Below, piece after piece: positions 12,521 through 23,460 of a DNA stretch of 64,000 nucleotides. Below the pieces are notes generated by a model. It was not told the origin of the DNA, did no database searches, and saw nothing but the letters and a program-made list of their open reading frames with translations. Both the position numbers and the translations under genes were made by a program. Source of the stretch: the human T2T-CHM13v2.0 reference genome, Homo sapiens; assembly GCF_009914755.1 (NCBI RefSeq), contig NC_060928.1; one strand, written 5' to 3'. The number at the start of each line of letters is the position of its first letter. Position 1 is the stretch's first letter.

Positions 12521-15500
12521 AGAAGTGGAAATGAAACTAAATTAATGAAGTATAATTACCCTCCCAAAGTGATTTTTATAGCATTTCTTAATATAACTAG
12601 GTAGTGTTAAAATATACTTTTTATTTACAAAAAAACTTTTAGGAGTATGCATTCTATTTTAAAACAGAATATGTGTCCATCCCACTATAATTTATTTAAA
12701 ATTCTTATTAACAAAAAAGTTTAGGGCTCCAAATTATTACTGTTGTCTATCTTTGTACACTTTAAAATCCTAACGATGTCTTCTGCAGGGGTTTGTCCCC
12801 ATGTGTCACTTTATGGTAGTAGTATTTTCAAAGGTTACAAATGAAAAGTTCATCAGATTAATAATAGCTGATGCTGTACTCTGCTAAACTTCCCAATATT
12901 ATCTTTTTACTGTTATACATTTATCACATGGTTATCTATAATGTTTGAGACATTTGAAGCTAATTAAGCAAAATTTCCCTTTGCATTTATTTGTTACTTG
13001 CTGTTGTGTCTAAGAGAACACTCATAGCCCTCTTTCCTCTGCTCCCTCTTGAGGCTGCAAGAAGAACACAGGCCTGCTTGTTCTGAGTTTCTGTGAAGTG
13101 AACAGACATTGCAGACACTCACCTGGTTATTCTAGTTTCTACACTGCTGATGGCACAGAGCAAATATTCCTCCTAGGTACATGTTTGATGTGTAGACAAA
13201 TTCAGCCTTAATACCTATGCAGGAAGAGGATAGTGACTACAGAGAAACCCTGACAGAAGAATGAAAATTGCACATTCACTCTTTCATCCCCTTACCCTCA
13301 CTCAGGCTAAGCCTAGGCAAAAAGTTCTAAAAAGTACAAAGGTAATCGGACCCACCAAGCTGTACTCATGAAGGCCTCACAATATATATTTCACATAGTT
13401 TTACTAGAAAGATCTGATATTAGGTACTTATAGTAATTTTAACATTGTTTTGTGTTCCTTTTAAATAATGGGTAAAGGAAAGGAAGATAAGTACTAGGAA
13501 TAAAATTATACTGTACGTGCTTCTCAAATGATATTTGTATCGGACAAATGGTATCTGTGCTGGACATTGTCAGTAGCCCAATATAACCACCTTTTTTGTT
13601 GTTGTTCACATGGCTCCTTCTCTCTGCTGCCTCTGTGTTTTCTCACCCATATTATATGCAGGTGGGAGTTTTCTAAAATGTAGCTTTTTGGCGAGAAAGC
13701 TAATTTTCAGTTTGGATCTAAGCTGAAAATAGTTCCCCAATTGCCCTGAAGTTATCACTGTCAGGTTATTTCTAATGTAGTATTTTTCAGCATGCTCCTG
13801 GGCTAGCACTCCTGAAGGCTTAACTGCATAGTCTGTTTTTACTCATTGTCTAGAAGGCTAATGGAGTCTGTTGGTATAATCTTCAAGAAAAGTCAGAGTA
13901 TCCAATTAGTAAAGGTGAAAAGCTTAGCAAAGTTTTCTCACTGATTAAAAATAAGTACTATGTTCGGAAACTTGTTTTTGTTAATAAATTATTATTCAGT
14001 TATTAATAAAGATAATACCTCTAGTAAATTAGTTGAGTTCAACCAGTAAAGCTATAATGCTAAATAGAACCTGTGCATCTGTGTTCTCATTGTGACTTGC
14101 AAATGGAAATGTTTGCATATTTTACATATTTCAACCTTTTAGTATTCCAAAATGGAATATTAAAAAAACTTGCTGCACAGAATTGGGCAACTGTGTTTGA
14201 CAGTGAGTAGCTAATCCTGCCTACTCTGAGAGTTATTGAATTCTCTGCTCAATGCGGTGGGAGCACACAGCTGCTTCTGTTGTTTCTCTTTCCACAGCAC
14301 AGCAATGAATTTAAACATGACAGTGGCATTTGAATATTAAAGCATATCCATTCCTCTCCTGACTAAAATTGAAGCACTAGCAAATATGTAATGCCGCCTG
14401 ACTTAATCAATTTTAATTTAATTAACATATCATTATTCAAACTGGAAATTATTTGTTTTCAAAGATAGAGTCGAATCATCCTTTATAAATCATTTTTAAA
14501 TAAAATTTGGACTAACAATTTCTAGTTCTACATAGAAACCTGGGATAGTAGAACTTAAATAAGCTTTTTGGTTTAGATAATTTGAAAAACAAACATCAAC
14601 AAAATATTGTTGCCCAATGAATACTGCTAAATTTCCAAATTTATCTGGAAGTTTTAAGAATATATCAGTAGCCCAAATGAAAAATAAAATTACCTTTGGA
14701 AATATCATAATGGAAATCTAAAGAGGCTAATTTCCCCATGAAGAATTTCTTACTCATCTTGTTATTTCAGTCAGAATGTTAGCAAGAAAAAGATAGAATA
14801 AAAGTTTATAAAAATTCATTTTTGCATCAGTTTGGTAAATAATGAAAAAATAATATTTATTTTTCTCAAAGTAAGTATTAGTAGGTGGCATTAAAATATA
14901 TTATAAACTGTTTCTTTTTAATAGAATAGGAGATCTCTATATTGTGCTGGTATAGTGACACTCATATAATAATTTAATCTGCTTCCAAATGTATTCAGAT
15001 ATTTGCTGGTAGTTCTCTATGCAACATAATGGGCAATTTTAATGATTTGTTTTAACCTGAGTTAACCAGTGTTTTTGTTTGGGGCTCTACTATAAGAATC
15101 CTTGTGTTCAAAATATGAAGAAGCCATCAAAAAGTAATGCCTAACTAATTTATGCTATTGTGAGGCAGTGATTATTCTAGCTCATACATTCTAGAATAAA
15201 CATCTACAAATGATCCTGGACTGCCTTGTTCCTATCACCCCCTATTTATAGTTTCCATGTTGCAGAACTTCGTGATTCGATATACTTGGGCTTTTTCAAT
15301 ATATGAATCTAGGCTTTCTCAGCTATTTCCCACATTCATGAATAATTAATCTGCATTATTATTTCTTTCTAGCAGAGTACCTTGAGGCTGGCTAATTAGT
15401 TTATTTAATTATCATTATTTTTATTTGTGTCCTGCCTTGTTCCTAAAAGGAAATAAACTGGTTTGTAAAGATGCATATGATACAGCAAGATAAACTAGAT

Positions 15501-15752
15501 TTTTGAAAGAGAATGTTGGGAAAAGGAGGCAGTGAGAAGTAAAAGAAAGCGATATGAAGCCAGGAGTTTAGCTTGAAAAAATAATTTCTCAAAACAGTTT
15601 AACTTGGTGAAAGTGACTCCCAAATATGGTTCTAAGTTTGTTAAATACCTACAAAGGTAGGAAAACAACTAGAGAGGGAGTTGGGCTGTTAATTGACTGA
15701 GTATTTATCCCAAAAGAGACCATGTAATTTGGGAGAATTTGAAACATGTTTT

Positions 15753-16044
15753 TTTTTTATTTATTTTTTTTATTATACTTTAAGTTTTAGGGTACATGTG
15801 CACATTGCGCAGGTTAGTTACATATGTATACATGTGCCATGCTGGTGTGCTGCACCCACTAACTCGTCATCTAGCATTAGGTATATCTCCCAATGCTTCC
15901 CCTCCCCCCTCCCCCCACCCCACCACAGTCCCCAGAGTGTGATATTCCCCTTCCTGTGACCATGTGATCTCATTGTTCAATTCCCACCTATGAGTGAGAA
16001 TATGCGGTGTTCGGTTTTTTATTCTTGCGATAGTTTACTGAGAA
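15753..16044 (-). mobile_element. Young, severely 5'-truncated L1 (L1PA2-like 3' UTR, ~290 bp)
   Basis: Near-identical to the L1HS/L1PA2 3' UTR. The diagnostic trinucleotide reads GAG (plus-strand CCACTAACTCGTCATC), not Ta-type ACA. Poly(T) on the left and 12-bp TSD GAAACATGTTTT at 15741-15752 and 16042-16053. Confidence 0.93.
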
Positions 16045-16325
16045 ACATGTTTTATAGAAAAGTTTAAGTCATTCTTCTACAACTTAACACAAACTAGATT
16101 ATGCTCTCTCAGTTAAGTTTCTTGCATTTCTAGGTTAGTAATATGTTCATTTTCAACCCTGTCACGTTATTTTCTTAATAAATCTAGAAAATGCATACTA
16201 TTAAACCAGAGTTAAGTACTTAACAAATAACTTATTGTAACATATTTGAAGTTTCTAAGAGTATAAAGGCATCAATTACTGTCAGTGTCTCCAGTGAGGT
16301 ATCATTTACAATGCTATATAGGTAC

Positions 16326-16692
16326 TGTGTCTTAGTCATCTCAGGCTTCTGTAATAAAATACTATGCAGGCTGAAAGTCTGATTTAGGGTGCTAGTATGG
16401 TCAGGTTTTGGTAAAGAGGGCTCACTTCCTGGCTGGCAGATGGCTTCCTTCTCACTGTATCTTCACATTGGGGAGAAAGACAGAGGAGGGTGGAGGTGGA
16501 GCATGAGCATGCAAGCTGTCTTGCGTCTCTTCTCATAAGGGCACTAATTCTCATTATAATGGCCTCACTCTTGTGACCTGATTAAGCCTAATTTTCTTCC
16601 CAAGACCTCATCTCCAGATGTCAAGACATTGGGGCTTAGGGCTTCTCATGAAATTTTGTGAAGTGTTGAGGGGAATAATTCTGTCCATGGCA
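16326..16692 (-). mobile_element. MLT1A-like MaLR solo LTR
   Basis: TGTGTCTTAGTC..., TCTCTTCTCATAAGGGCACTAAT, and a ...TTCTGTCCATGGCA end. Confidence 0.75.
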
Positions 16693-17309
16693 TACCCTCA
16701 TATCCTTAGCAAAAAGATACAGAAATCGATGCATTTATTTATTGTTAATGAAAAGAAGGAAGGAGACTAAAAGTTGACAAGAAAGATGAAAGGAAGTTCA
16801 ATATTGGGACGCTGCAGCACACACACATAATCACCTGGGAGCCTGACTGCTGTGTGTATGCCCAGGTGAAGGCTGCCAAGGGACTACTCAAGTCAGTCCG
16901 TGTGCAAAAAAGGCAGCTCCAAGCACACTAGTCAAAGCCCATCGTGCCTTTAAGACATCTCAGGAGCACGCTGTGACCCATTTTATAAAGTACAGCATTA
17001 GTTCCAGCAGTATCAAAATGAATGTTTGGCTAGTCTCCAGATTCTCAAAGAAGACATACAGGAATTTTAACACTGCCATTTTAGGAAGTCTGTTCTGTGT
17101 CTTGAATAAACTAGGAAAATCTTTTTGGGAAGCAGTCAGGAAATCTTGTGAGTCACACTGCACTATCATCTCATATAAATTTTCTATTATTTTTTCCATG
17201 ATATTGTGGAATATCGAGTATGCTTTTTATATAACACCTATTTGAAAAGAGAAATATCCTAGGTATACCACATTCAGATAATGGAAGTTAAGTTCAAGAG
17301 TCATTTCAT

Positions 17310-17455
17310 AAAGTGGGAAATTCACTTAGTTAGGAATCTAGATTCCAAATTCCAGTCCCTCTTTTGCCACTAAATAGTTGTGTGACAATGGCCAGTCACT
17401 TAACCTGAAAAGCGTACATTTCTCCATCTTTTCAATGGAGCTATAATAACTCTTC
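17310..17455 (+). mobile_element. MIR fragment
   Basis: Core-like TTTGCCACTAAATAGTTGTGTGACAATGGCCAGTCACTTAACCT...CATCTTT. Confidence 0.6.
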
Positions 17456-17942
17456 TTTTTTCTTCTCTACCTTTTTATATGAATACTCAATAGGAAAATG
17501 TGAGTAAAAATCTAATAAAACCAGGAGGTTGTAAATAGGTGCAAGGTGTGGGTTTCTTTCTTCCTTTTTATTATTACGCTACCTTGAAATGCCCTGATGA
17601 CTCTAAAACCAGGAGAGATTTGGGGAAAATATAGGTACAAGTCAGAAACAGAATGTAGATATATCAAAGACAAGCTGAGTGTGATTTAAATGGTTTTGGA
17701 TGACTTTAGTTTCTTTCTGTTTTAGGGGTCACTAGAACGTACTTTCACTCCTAGGGATTCTAGCTCTTTCAGAAGGGGACACACCATGATGATTTCCGGT
17801 GTTCTTCCTTTTTACAAATAAGAAAACACATCTATAGCAGATGCCCTGATATCTTGAAATCAGCACCCTTAAAACTAAAAGTTTGCCTGTCTCTGGCTCT
17901 CTCTTCCTCCAATGACTATAGTTGTAGCCATCAGAGCATGAG

Positions 17943-18309
17943 CACGTCCACTACTTCTTATCCCAAAGCCACTGACCAAATAGAGTTTATGATTTAGAAT
18001 TGTTTAGGCTTATAAAAAGGTATATATTGCATAAATTGTCTAATGCATTCACATTCTAGCCCTCTTCTCTCAAGGAGTGGATGTAGCATCTCATGGCCTA
18101 ATATATTAATATTTTGGCAGCAAATCAAACAAATGCCCACATGTGTGATGAATAAACACTAGAAATAGCCTCACATCAGTTCAGGTTAGTGTTTGCACTC
18201 AGATAAGTTCAAGTCAGGACAGGTTTTGCAGACAAAAGTATTTAAAAGGTTTTAGTGTTTAGCTGTTTGGACTTTAGAACTGCTGGTGAGAGATTATATA
18301 GATCTGTAG
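17943..18309. mobile_element. Old TcMar-Tigger-like non-autonomous element
   Basis: Degenerate terminal inverted repeats: CACGTCCACTACTTCTTATC at one end and GAGAGATTATATAGATCTG followed by TA at the other. Subfamily uncertain. Confidence 0.45.
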
Positions 18310-18464
18310 AAGACTCAGGCTCACTTTTTACACTCAGCAACAAATCCAGAAATCTTGCCAACTTTTCCAAGGTGGAAAAAACATATCACCACTGGGGTTT
18401 CATACCCACTTCTCAAGTCTGTGCTTGATGTTAATTTTTCACAGATTGGTCATTAATTTATTTA

Positions 18465-18890
18465 ATTTAGAAAGGCCCTTAGAGATCACTTGTGGAAATA
18501 TCTTTATTTTCCTAATAATAAACTGAGGCTCTGAGAATTTAGGTGAGGCTGTGTGTACAAAGAGTCAAAGCATAAACTTTTGAGTCAATCAGCTAGACCT
18601 GTCTTCAAATTCTGCCTCTCCTTCTTGCTGGTAATATAAACCTGAGCAAGTTATTTCATTTTCTTATCCTTAATGTCCTCATCTGTAACACAGAGTTATA
18701 ATACCTTGTTCACAGGCTTGCCCATTCACTACTAAATGCTTACTGAGTACCTCTGTAGTGACAGGCACTATTCTAAGCACTGGGGATACATCAGGATTGT
18801 TTTGAGGTTTAAGTGTCATAGTGTATTTGAAGAACTTAGTAACATGGCTGGCACCTTAAATTTCAGTAATTGCTATTATTATTATCTAGT
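18465..18890. mobile_element. Cluster of MIR pieces in both orientations with a short L2-like piece
   Basis: AAACTGAGGCTCTGAGA (antisense MIR), CCTGAGCAAGTTATTTCA..CTCATCTGTAA (sense MIR), and TTACTGAGTACCT..CAGGCACTATTCTAAGCACTGGGGATACA (L2-like). Confidence 0.65.
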
Positions 18891-20029
18891 GGAAGAGTTA
18901 TGAGAAAATTATTAGCTCTATGGGACAACAACCTATGTATTCTTTAAGAAAAAATGAGGAGAAGTGGACATAAAAGAACACAGTCTATTTTGTCCAAGCC
19001 AATATGCCCCAGAAATAATGTTGGATTTGCAAAGCTTCTAGTGATCCTCTGGTTCGTGTTCGGGAGTTGTCTAGATTTATATTGACATAAAATATCCCAG
19101 TCTTGAAAAATGTCCCAGCTAAAGGGTTGGAATCTCACAGAATAAGTTACAGGCTACCCATGTTCTTTGCGTTGTTAGTTAGGATCATCCTTTAGACACA
19201 TAAATAATCCTTAGTCTTTTATCTCACAGTTACATGAACTAAAATGTTATTAGCCAAATGGGAACATAGCTATTTCTAGTAATGACCAGTATTCCACTAC
19301 TTTCAAAACTGCAAAGATGTAATTACATTTTCTTGGTAGAGAAACATAACGCAAATATTTGTAGCTAATGAAATACAAGTTTACTTGTCAGAATAGCATT
19401 TCCAGCATCAATAAATTGTCAGCAACTTACATATTTTTTCAGTTTCAGTGTTATATTGATTGAATCAGCAAGATAATATTACTGCTGTATTTGAAATTAA
19501 ATGTCTCTTCATTACATTTTTTGCCTTTACTGGATTTTTAAATATCTTAATGCTTTATTATATAGAACAGTGCTATTTTAGTTTTAAGTTTATGAAAAAC
19601 AGGTATGATAAACCAAAAGTATTTCTTTCTCCAGAAAGCATAGTGAATACATGTTTTTTTCCCCACTGGACCTTTTCTGTAATTGAATGCTGATTGTGAA
19701 ATTTTAAAGCATGTAGGAGAAAACTGACAGTCATCATAGTAGAAATGTTCCCTGCTTTGACTCAAATTATAAAAATAAATGGATAAAAATGAAAGCATTT
19801 TTTTGTAATATAAAATAATGATATATCGGTAAGAGGAGTAGGAACAAGATGGTCAAATAGAACCCTCCAGCTATTGTCCCTACCACAGGAACACCAAATT
19901 GAACAACTATCAATTCGAGAAAGCACTTTCATAAGAATAAAAAAATAAAAATCAGGTGAGCAATCACAGTACCTGGTTTTAACATAGCAAAGACAGAAGC
20001 ATTGAAGAGGGTAGAAAGGGCGGTCTTGC

Positions 20030-20434
20030 TGTATTAGGCCATTCTTGCATTGTTATGAAAAATACCTGAGACTGGGTAATTTATAACAAGAGGTTTAATT
20101 AGCTCATGGTTCTGCAGGCTTTACAGAAAGCATGGTGATGGCATCTGCTTGGCTTTTAGGGAGGCCTCAGGAAGCTTTCAATCGTGGCAGAAGTCAAAAG
20201 GGGAGCAGGCACATTACAAGGCAAAAGCAGGCACAAGTGAGAGAGAGTCGGGGGGAGGTGCCACATACCTTTAAATAATCAGATCTCATGAGAACTCACT
20301 ATCACAAAGACAGCACCAAGCTATGAGAGATCTGCCTCCATGATCCAAACACCTCCCACCAGAACCCACCTCCAGCATTGGGTATTACAATTCAACATGA
20401 GATTTGGGCAGAGACAAATATCCAAACTATACCC
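20030..20434 (-). mobile_element. MSTA/MSTB MaLR solo LTR
   Basis: TGTATTAGGCCATTCTTGCATTG...GACAAATATCCAAACTAT with 5-bp TSD CTTGC (20025-20029, 20435-20439). Confidence 0.9.
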
Positions 20435-22154
20435 CTTGCATTGCCTACATCATGTCTCCCCCAATTCCAGGAAGTGCAGTGAAAAGAGAGAATCCCTGTA
20501 TTTGGAAGAGAGAGAGTGGAGTGAGTGTGTTCCTTTGCATTGGAACTCAGTCCCATCTTGTCACAGGGGGACACAACACAAGGCAGAATATTGCCAATAT
20601 CATCCAAGGGAGCATTTGGACCAGTCCTAGGCCAGAGGGGAGTCCTCCACCCCAGTAGGAGGAACCCAAGTCCTGGCCTGCTTCACTACTGGCTGACTGA
20701 AGTGGAATACATTTGAATGGCAGTCAAGCCACAGTTGACTGCAGTCCTTGGGCAGGCCCTGGAGCTACTCTGCTGTCAGAGACAATGGGCTAAGGGTGTG
20801 ACCCAGGGTGACAACAGCTGCAGCAACCATAAGGATGCCTGTGTCACCCCTTCCCAAACTTCAGGCAGTACAGCATGGAGGAGACTCCTTCTGCCTAGGG
20901 AAAGGAGAGAGAAGAGTACAGATGAATTTGTCTTGCAACTTGGGTACCAGCTCAGCCACACTAAAATAAAGCACCAACATACCAAAAATTAAGAATATTT
21001 TAATCTGCCAAGAATAAACAATCTGAAAAATAAAGCCAAAATGTAACTCCATTTAATAGCTATGAATAAAACAAAATGCCTAGAAATAAACTTAACCAAA
21101 GAAGTGAAAGATTTCTACAATGAAAACTATAAAACATTGATGAAAGAAATTGAAAAGGACACAAAAAATTGGAAAGATATCACACGTTCATGAATTAGAA
21201 AATCAATATGGTTAAAATGTCTATACTACCCAAAGCAATCTACAGATTCAATGTAATCCTTATCAAAATAACAATGACTTTCTTCACAGAAATAGAAAAA
21301 TAGGATTTCATATAAATCCTAACATTTATATGAAAACACAAAAGACCTTGACTGGTGAAACCATTTCTGAGCAAGAAGAAAGCTGATGACATCATATTAC
21401 CTGACTTCAAATTATACTACAAAGCTAAAGTAACCAAAACAGCATGGTACTGGCATAAAAACAGACATAGACCAATGAAACCGAATACAGAATCCAGAAA
21501 TAAACTCATGTATTTACAGTCAACTCACTTTTGAAAAAGGTGCCAAGGACATACATTGATGAAAGAACAGTCTCTTCAATAAATGGTGCTAGAAAAACTG
21601 GATATTCATATGCAAAAGAATGAAATTAAACTCTTATCTCTCACCATATACAAAACCCCAGTCAAAATTGAATAAAGATTTAAATGTAAGTCCTGAACTA
21701 TGAAACCACTTGAAGATAACATTGAGGAAATGCTCCAGAATATTGGTCTGGGAAAAGACTTGAGTAAGACCTCAAAGCAGACAACCAAAGCAAAAGTGAA
21801 CAATGAAATTATATTAAACAAAAGAACTTTTGCACATCAAAAACAAACAAACAATAAACAATGAAGAGACAACCCACCAAATGGGAAAAATATTGCAAAA
21901 TACCCCCCTCACAAGGGATTAATAACCAAAATATAGAAGGAGATCAAATAACTTAATAGGAAAAAATGCAAATTATCCAATTTTTTGAATCAACAAAAAA
22001 TATGAATAGACATTTTTCAAAAGATATACAAATGACTAACATGTTTATGAAAATATCCTCAACATCACAAATTATCAGAGAAATATAAATCAAACCACAA
22101 TGAGATATTATCCCATTCCAGTTAAAACGGCTTTCATCAAAAAGATAAGCAATT

Positions 22155-22448
22155 CAGTAAATGAATGAACAAAAAAACAAATACTGCATATTCTCACTTA
22201 TTAGTGGGAGCTAAATATTGGATACACATGGACATAAAGATGGCAACAATAGACAATGGGGAATACTAGAGAGGGGAGGGAGGGAGGGGGACAAGAGTTG
22301 AAAAACTCACTATTGGGTACTATGCTCAGTACCTGGGTGACAGGATCAATTATACCCCAAACCTCAGCATCACACAGTATATCCATGTAACAAACTTGCA
22401 CATGTACCTCCCGAATCTAAAATAAAAGTTAAAATTATTTTTTAAAAA
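22155..22448 (+). mobile_element. Short L1 3' end (L1PA15/16 or L1PB4-like) nested in L1MA ORF2
   Basis: 3' UTR GGACATAAAGATGGCAACAATAGAC...CCCGAATCTAAAATAAAAG. Host ORF2 resumes after it, with a degenerate TSD AAAAAGATAAGCAAT / AAAAACAGACAAT. Confidence 0.8.
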
Positions 22449-22752
22449 ACAGACAATAATAGATTATGGGGAAGATGTGGGAAAAGGCAAATCCTCCTAC
22501 ACTATTGGAGGGGGATTGTAAATTAGTACAGCCACTACAAAAAAACAGTATGGAAGATCTCAAAAAACTCAAAATTGAACTACCATATGATCCAGCAATT
22601 CCACTATTGGGTGTATATCTAAAAGAGTGGAAACTAGTATATCAAATAGGTATCTGTCCTCACTCTCCTGTTTATTACAGCAATATTTATAATAGTCAAG
22701 ATATGGAATGCACCTAAGAATCTATCAATGGATGAATGAATAAAGAAACCAT

Positions 22753-22876
22753 TATATATATAACATATTTCTTCATATATGTATATATGTGTGTGTTTGA
22801 TATGATATATTTGATATATAATATATATGATATATAATACGTGATATATAATTGATATTATCTATATATATAAAAT
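22753..22876. repeat. TA-rich low-complexity tract (left flank of ABCB4 fragment)
   Basis: Irregular (TA)n/GATATA units directly visible. Confidence 0.9.
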
Positions 22877-23354
22877 ATTACTGAGAATATTGCCTACGGA
22901 GACAACAGCCAGGTTGTATCACAGGATGAAATTGTGAGTGCAGACAAAGCTGCCAAGACACATTTTTTCTTAGAGACATTACCCTACAAATATGAAACAA
23001 GACTGGAAGATAAGGGGACTCAGCTCTCAGGAGGTCAAAAAACAGAGGATTGCTATTGCCTGATCCCTCATCAGATAACCTCAAATCCTACAGTTGGATA
23101 AAGCTACATATCAGCTCTGGATACTGAAAGCGGAAAAGTCGTACAAGAAGTCCTGGTTAAAGCTAGAGAACGTCGCGCCTGCAGCGTGATCACTCATCAC
23201 CTCACCACCTGTCCACCATTCAGAGCACAGACTTAATAGTGGTATTTTAGGATGGAAAAGTCAAGGAGCACGGCATGCATCAACAGCTCCTGGTACAGAA
23301 AAGCATCTGCTTTTCAATGGTCAGTGTCCAGACTGGGACACAGAACTTATGAAC
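22877..23354 (+). pseudogene. ABCB4: Processed pseudogene fragment of ABCB4 (MDR3 phospholipid floppase): C-terminal NBD2 through the stop codon
   Basis: Translation across frameshifts: [151 protein letters not shown]. It has the ABC signature LSGGQ, decayed Walker B/D-loop and H-loop. VSQDEIVSA and the GTQNL* end fit ABCB4 rather than ABCB1. No introns at the expected exon joins (~22987/8, ~23137/8). Stops at 23061, 23076 and 23248; insertions of +1, +2 and +8 bp. Confidence 0.93.
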
Positions 23355-23460
23355 AGAACATATATATGTGATACACGGTATATGTGATATATCACATATA
23401 TATGTGTGATATGTATGATGTATGTGATAGATCATATATCTCATATATTGGAATATAGAT
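23355..23460. repeat. TA/TG-rich filler with palindromes (right flank of ABCB4 fragment)
   Basis: Perfect 22-bp palindrome TATATGTGATATATCACATATA (23379-23400) and inverted repeat ATTGGAATAT-AG-ATATTCCAAT (23447-23468). Confidence 0.9.

Noticed and set aside
22877-23354. Functional ABC transporter exon or mini-gene
   Set aside because: Three in-frame stops, three frameshifting insertions, a decayed Walker B, no Walker A and no flanking splice sites. The listed ORF 22878-23084 (-) is only its antisense.
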